Shown here: one piece after another, positions 61,301-64,000 of the stretch
Position numbering within the stretch: position 1 is the stretch's first letter
Layout: each line of letters starts with the position of its first letter
Source: Candidatus Latescibacterota bacterium
GTDB lineage: Bacteria > Latescibacterota > UBA2968
NCBI GenBank assembly: GCA_965204745.1
Contig: OZ242010.1
Span: 3,456,001 to 3,520,000 of the forward strand
Length of the DNA: 64,000 nt
Direction: 5' to 3'
Translations under genes and position numbers: made by a program
The notes under the pieces: model-generated
The model's input: the letters and a program-made list of their open reading frames with translations, nothing else
Database searches by the model: none
What the model was told of the DNA's origin: nothing

Positions 61301-64000
61301 CAGGGTAGGCGGTCTGGTGGGGCAGTTGGGCATTTCTCCTAGTTCGGTTAGTACCAGCTATGCCACGGGGACGGTCACTGGGCGCTACCATGACTCCAGC
61401 CAACTAGGCGGATTGATCGGGCATGCACAAGCCGGAGTGTCCCATAGTTACTGGGATAAGGAAAGTAGCGGTCGCTCATCCAGTGCTCGCGGCACGGGCC
61501 AGACCACCAGCGCGTTGCGGTCGGAAACGGATTACAACGGCATCTACGCCAACTGGAATGTGGATGTCGATGGCAGGCCTGGCAATGACGCTCCGTGGAC
61601 CTTTGGCGCGGCGGATCAGTATCCCGTGTTGAAATATGCCGGCATGGACACCACCGCACAATTTGCAATGCAACCGCCGGGCATTCCGACAAGTGTGACC
61701 GTGACGGTGCAAGCGGACACCTTGGACGTGCGTTGGCGTGCGCCGAGTAATGCGACGGGGTACAAGGTGCAGTGGAAATCCGGCGCGCAGAACTACGACA
61801 CCTCGCGTCAGACGACCGTCACGGGGACGCGCTACAAGATCGCCAACTTGATCGGCGGGACGACTTACACAGTGCGGGTCATTGCCACCAAGGCCGGTGT
61901 CCGCGATGGCCGGCCCTCGGCCGAGCAGACCGGCGTTCCCCTGCTGGGCATTCCGACTGTGATGATGGTGGCAGCGAAGGTGGACACGCTGACCGTGACT
62001 TGGAATGCGGTGAACGGGGCGACCAGCTACAAAGTGCAGTGGAAATCCGGGTCAGAGACTTATCCCGCCGCCGATGAGGAGTCCGCCACGCACGGGCAAG
62101 CCACTATCGCTGGCGGGAGCACCACGATCCACAAAATTTCTGGGCTGACCCCAGGGACGACCTACGCGATTCGCGTCATCGCCACGCGTACCAATGTAGC
62201 CGACAGTGCCCCTTCGGAGGAAGTGATCACCCTTCTCACGCTGGGTAGCCCAACGGGTGTGGAGGTGAGTGCGAAGGTGGACACGCTGACCGTGACTTGG
62301 AATGCGGTGCCCCTCGCAACCGGGTATAAGGTGCAGTGGAAATCCGGGGCACAGACTTATCCCACCTCCGATCTGGCGTTGGCCACGCATGGGCAAGCCA
62401 CCATCGCAGGCGGGAACACCACGATCCACAAAATTTCTGGGCTGACCACAGGGACGACTTACGCGATTCGCGTCATCGCCACGCACACCACAACGGCCGG
62501 CAACAGTGCCCCTTCGGAGGAAGTCATGGTGACCTCGGCGACCACCAGGCCCACCAATGTGCGCGTGACGCCGGGGCCGGCCCAACTCATTGTGGCTTGG
62601 ACCGAGGCAACCGGCGCGACGGGCTACAAGGTGCAGTGGAAGTCCGGTGGACAAAGCTACAACACATCTGATCGCCAGGCGACGGTCTCTGGGATGAGCA
62701 CCACGACCTACACGATAGAGAACCTGACTTTTGGCGCGACCTACACGGTGCGCGTCACTGCTACCCTGGCAGGTGGGACCGATAGCGATCCCTCGGACGA
62801 AGTCATGGGCACGCCCCAAGCGATCAATTACGACAGCGATGGCGATGGCCTCATTGACATTAAGACGCTGGCGCAACTGCATGCCATCCGCTGGGATCTC
62901 AACGGCGATGGGGTCGTCGCCGATAATGATACCACGAACTACAACGCCGCCTTTCCCAACCGAGACACTACCAGCAATGTCCGGATGGGTTGCCCTTCCG
63001 GAACCTGCACCGGCTACGAACTGCTCAACAACCTTGACTTTGACGAGAATGGCGACAGCGAAATCACTTCAGCAGACGCCACCTACTGGGACAGCGGCTT
63101 CGGCTGGCTACCCATCGGCACAAACGCCGCCAGATACACCGGCGATTTCAAGGGCAACGGCTACACTATCGACAACCTGACCATCAACCGACCCGCTGTC
63201 GTTGAAGTGGGATTATTCGGCAATGCCGACACCGCCTCCCGCATCGAGTCCGTCGGCGTAACCAATGCCAGTGTTGCGGGAGGCGAATATGCCGGCGCTC
63301 TGGTCGGTGCCCTGCGCGGCACAGTCGTCGCCTGCTACTCCACCGGCAACGTTTCGGTGACGACTAGGACCGCCGGCGGACTGGTCGGATGGACGCCCAA
63401 CGCGATTACCTCAAGCTACTCCACCGCATCCGTCAGCGGCCCTGAGCACGTCGGCGGACTGCTGGGAGCAAGCCAAGGCGGCACCGTAACGAACTCCTAC
63501 TCCATCGGCATGGTTACCGGCACCGGCAGTTCTCCACTCATCGGCGGGTTGATAGGCTCCGGCACGGGCGGCACCGCAAGCTACTGGGACACCCAAACCA
63601 GCGGCTGTACATCCGGCGGCAGCAACGGTTGCACAACCAGCGCCGGCGGTGGCGGCGTTACCGGACTGACGACCAGCGAGCTCATAAGCCCCACCACCTA
63701 CGGTGCCACCAGCAACGACACCTACTACGGCTGGAACGCCAACCTCGACGGACAACCCGGCAACGATGATCCGTGGACCTTTGGCACGACGAATCAGTAC
63801 CCGGTCTTGAAGTATGCCGGCATGGACACCACCGTGCAATTTCAACGCCAACCCGCGATAGTGATGTTGACACTGATGCCCTCGTCGATCTCGGAAAGCG
63901 GCGGGATGAGTACCGTGACCGCGACGCTGACACGGTCGTGGAGCACGGCGACGACGATCACGGTGCGGCCTGTGACCGGTGCTTACACGGTGGGGATGGA
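55371..64000 (+). CDS. Giant secreted repeat protein (>2,870 aa): cadherin-like beta-sandwich, 4 GLUG-type blocks, 13 Fn3 repeats; runs off the window (alternative start 55179)
   Basis: Absent from the ORF track (no stop in window); same frame at start and end; signal peptide ..APATAQ; TLSALTL..F...TTY; 13 YKVQWK copies; 4 LAQLHA(M/I)RWDLNG blocks with VGGLVG motifs. Confidence 0.88.
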   Translation, partial: MVRFIFRFLSLPTWIAVLVMPLLIAPATAQMTPSNTDTTLSALTLAPGTLLSTFASDKTTYAFAVQSGATEITVTATPTNSGATVAITPADANPASGHQVDVSTLPVSIRIVVSPATGTTTLTYTVSAGNFTDYDTDGDNLIELGAGQTGLAQLHAMRWDLNGNGFIDASATTSDTTAYNTAFSNRPPGMGCETTCIGYELTANLNFDENNDNEITVADTTYWNSGAGWAPIGSSATKYTGTFHGNDNTISNLFIDRSAASKTGLFGYAEGNTIRNLSLVNANVTGSAETAVLVGEGNNLQLMHIRVTGRVSGFARSGGLVGRLAHGNSTITACRSEVDVTGSNISIGGLVGWSSGTITASYATGAVSGDGYVGGLVGFHGNTGNPKAIIRASYATGVVSGNSAIGGLVGANFYSSTITGSYAIGPVSANSLVGGLVGTNNNSSITHSYYDRTTSRRGDTGRGAPQTTAELQGPTGYTGIYMTNWDLNLDGQPGGDDPWTFGKTDQYPVLKYAGMDTTAQYNLQPPSIPTSVTVTIIADTLDVRWRGVSGATGYKVQWKSGTQSYDTASREATVTGTRHKIPNLTFGTTYTVRVIATKIGVRDGTPSAEQTGVRPRLGSPTVMVAAKVDTLTVTWNAANGATGYKVQWKSGSATYPTSDLALATRGQATISDGSTTTYKISGLTTGTTYTIRVIATSTNINVADSAPSEEVMVTLATTKPTNVRVTPGPVQLIVAWTEATGATGYKVQWKSGGQSYNTSSRQETVSGGSTTTYTIENLTFGTTYTVRVTATLAGGTDSNPSDEVMGTPQGIDYDGDGNGLIDIETLAQLHAIRWDLNGDGAIDASASTSDTTAYNAAFPNRDTTSNVRMGCPSGTCTGYELLNNLNFDTDGSGSVTSDDTYPNWTPIGGTYSTTFKGNNKTISNLHINRGSWDYVGLFGRVSGNISGLGLKSVNVRGRNRVGGLVGNQVGGRILGCFVTGRVEGTGDHVGGLAGRSTGNNTVIAASYANATVSGTKENVGGLVGVLDATVIASYAIGPVTGWTRVGGLVGLLGISPSSIKTSYATGTVTGSRQSSIHLGGLVGSAQSGVSHSYWDRESSGHSSSAGGTSQTTSELRSETDYDGIYANWNVDVDGRPGSDNPWTFGAADQYPVLKYAGMDTTAQFAMQPPGIPTSVTVTVQADTLDVRWRAASYATGYKVQWKAGGQNYAVSRQAITTDTRYKIANLIGGTTYTVRVIATKTGARDGMPSAEQTGVPSALSRPAVMVAADVDTLTVTWNVVNGATGYKVQWKSGSETYPNADLAAALRGQATIVGGGTTIHKISGLTAGTTYTIRVIATSTNINVADSAPSEEVTVLGIPAVMVVAKVDTLTVTWNAVDDATGYKVQWKSGSETYPNADLALATHGQATIADGGTTTYDISGLTAGTTYTVRVIATRTNISALSAEQTGDPLLGSPTGVDVSAKVDTLTVTWNVVDDATGYKVQWKSGSATYPVSDLASVTHGHATISDGGTTTYDISGLTAGTTYTVRVIATRTNVADSTPSEEVTGVPLLGSPAVMVAAKVDTLTVTWNVVDDATGYKVQWKSGSETYPAADEQSATRGQATIAGGNTTIHKISGLTAGTTYTVRVIATRTNVADSAPSEEVMVTLATTRPTNVRVTPGPGQLIVRWTEATGATGYKVQWKSGGQSYNTSSRQETVSGMSTTTYTIENLTLGTTYTVRVIAILSGGMDSTPSDEVMGTPSGINYDSDGDGLIDIKTLAQLHAIRWDLNGDGAVDASASSSDTTAYNAAFPYRDTTSNVRMGCPSGTCTGYELLNNLDFDTDGSGSVTSDDTYPNWSPIGGTYSATFKGNNKTISNLHINQGSWNDVGLFSRVSGNISGLGLKNVNVRGRERVGGLVGNQVGGRILGCFVTGRVEGTRNSVGGLAGESSGNNTVIAASYANAVVSVGHIRAGAGGLVGKLSATVIASYAIGPASGHSRVGGLVGQLGISPSSVSTSYATGTVTGRYHDSSQLGGLIGHAQAGVSHSYWDKESSGRSSSARGTGQTTSALRSETDYNGIYANWNVDVDGRPGNDAPWTFGAADQYPVLKYAGMDTTAQFAMQPPGIPTSVTVTVQADTLDVRWRAPSNATGYKVQWKSGAQNYDTSRQTTVTGTRYKIANLIGGTTYTVRVIATKAGVRDGRPSAEQTGVPLLGIPTVMMVAAKVDTLTVTWNAVNGATSYKVQWKSGSETYPAADEESATHGQATIAGGSTTIHKISGLTPGTTYAIRVIATRTNVADSAPSEEVITLLTLGSPTGVEVSAKVDTLTVTWNAVPLATGYKVQWKSGAQTYPTSDLALATHGQATIAGGNTTIHKISGLTTGTTYAIRVIATHTTTAGNSAPSEEVMVTSATTRPTNVRVTPGPAQLIVAWTEATGATGYKVQWKSGGQSYNTSDRQATVSGMSTTTYTIENLTFGATYTVRVTATLAGGTDSDPSDEVMGTPQAINYDSDGDGLIDIKTLAQLHAIRWDLNGDGVVADNDTTNYNAAFPNRDTTSNVRMGCPSGTCTGYELLNNLDFDENGDSEITSADATYWDSGFGWLPIGTNAARYTGDFKGNGYTIDNLTINRPAVVEVGLFGNADTASRIESVGVTNASVAGGEYAGALVGALRGTVVACYSTGNVSVTTRTAGGLVGWTPNAITSSYSTASVSGPEHVGGLLGASQGGTVTNSYSIGMVTGTGSSPLIGGLIGSGTGGTASYWDTQTSGCTSGGSNGCTTSAGGGGVTGLTTSELISPTTYGATSNDTYYGWNANLDGQPGNDDPWTFGTTNQYPVLKYAGMDTTVQFQRQPAIVMLTLMPSSISESGGMSTVTATLTRSWSTATTITVRPVTGAYTVGM

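Noticed and set aside
55371-64000. Diversity-generating retroelement acting on the repeats
   Set aside because: No reverse transcriptase in the window, and differences between copies include indels and non-adenine changes.

Overview
High-GC Gram-negative bacterial DNA. The TonB receptor/PorV/GWxTD/TMTC content and giant Fn3 protein suggest an FCB-group lineage such as Latescibacterota, possibly host-associated (inference). Contents in order: a GT-C glycosyltransferase and small catabolic genes (1-7 kb); an envelope locus of peptidase-TolB-Omp85 protein, beta-barrel, TonB receptor, T9SS-CTD-like protein, PorV-like protein, TMTC-like transferase, MTase-GT2 and TPR-GWxTD (7-24.6 kb); yebC separated from ruvCAB by a 13 kb accessory/defence island (type IIG-like RM, TA pair, AAA ATPase + nuclease-like pair, SDH protease); ruvCAB-tsaB-rimI; an Rpn nuclease; rhaB, glpD-like, Nramp-like, tRNA-Leu(CAG), uxuA-like, ctaA-like; a frameshifted TPR-peptidase; DUF4159; and a >2,800 aa cadherin/GLUG/Fn3 surface protein that runs off the window. 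Best findings: (1) two inverted IS5-derived MITEs appear to form a composite transposon that moved hisG-GT-hisD between the SD and ATG of the AAA ATPase gene; (2) an in-frame C15 tract that could phase-vary the giant adhesin; (3) the TonB/CTD-cargo/PorV triad linked to glycosylation genes; (4) an internal RpnS-type start in the Rpn gene; (5) nested REP/MITE/heptamer intergenic repeats. All calls come from reading the sequence by eye; no searches were run.
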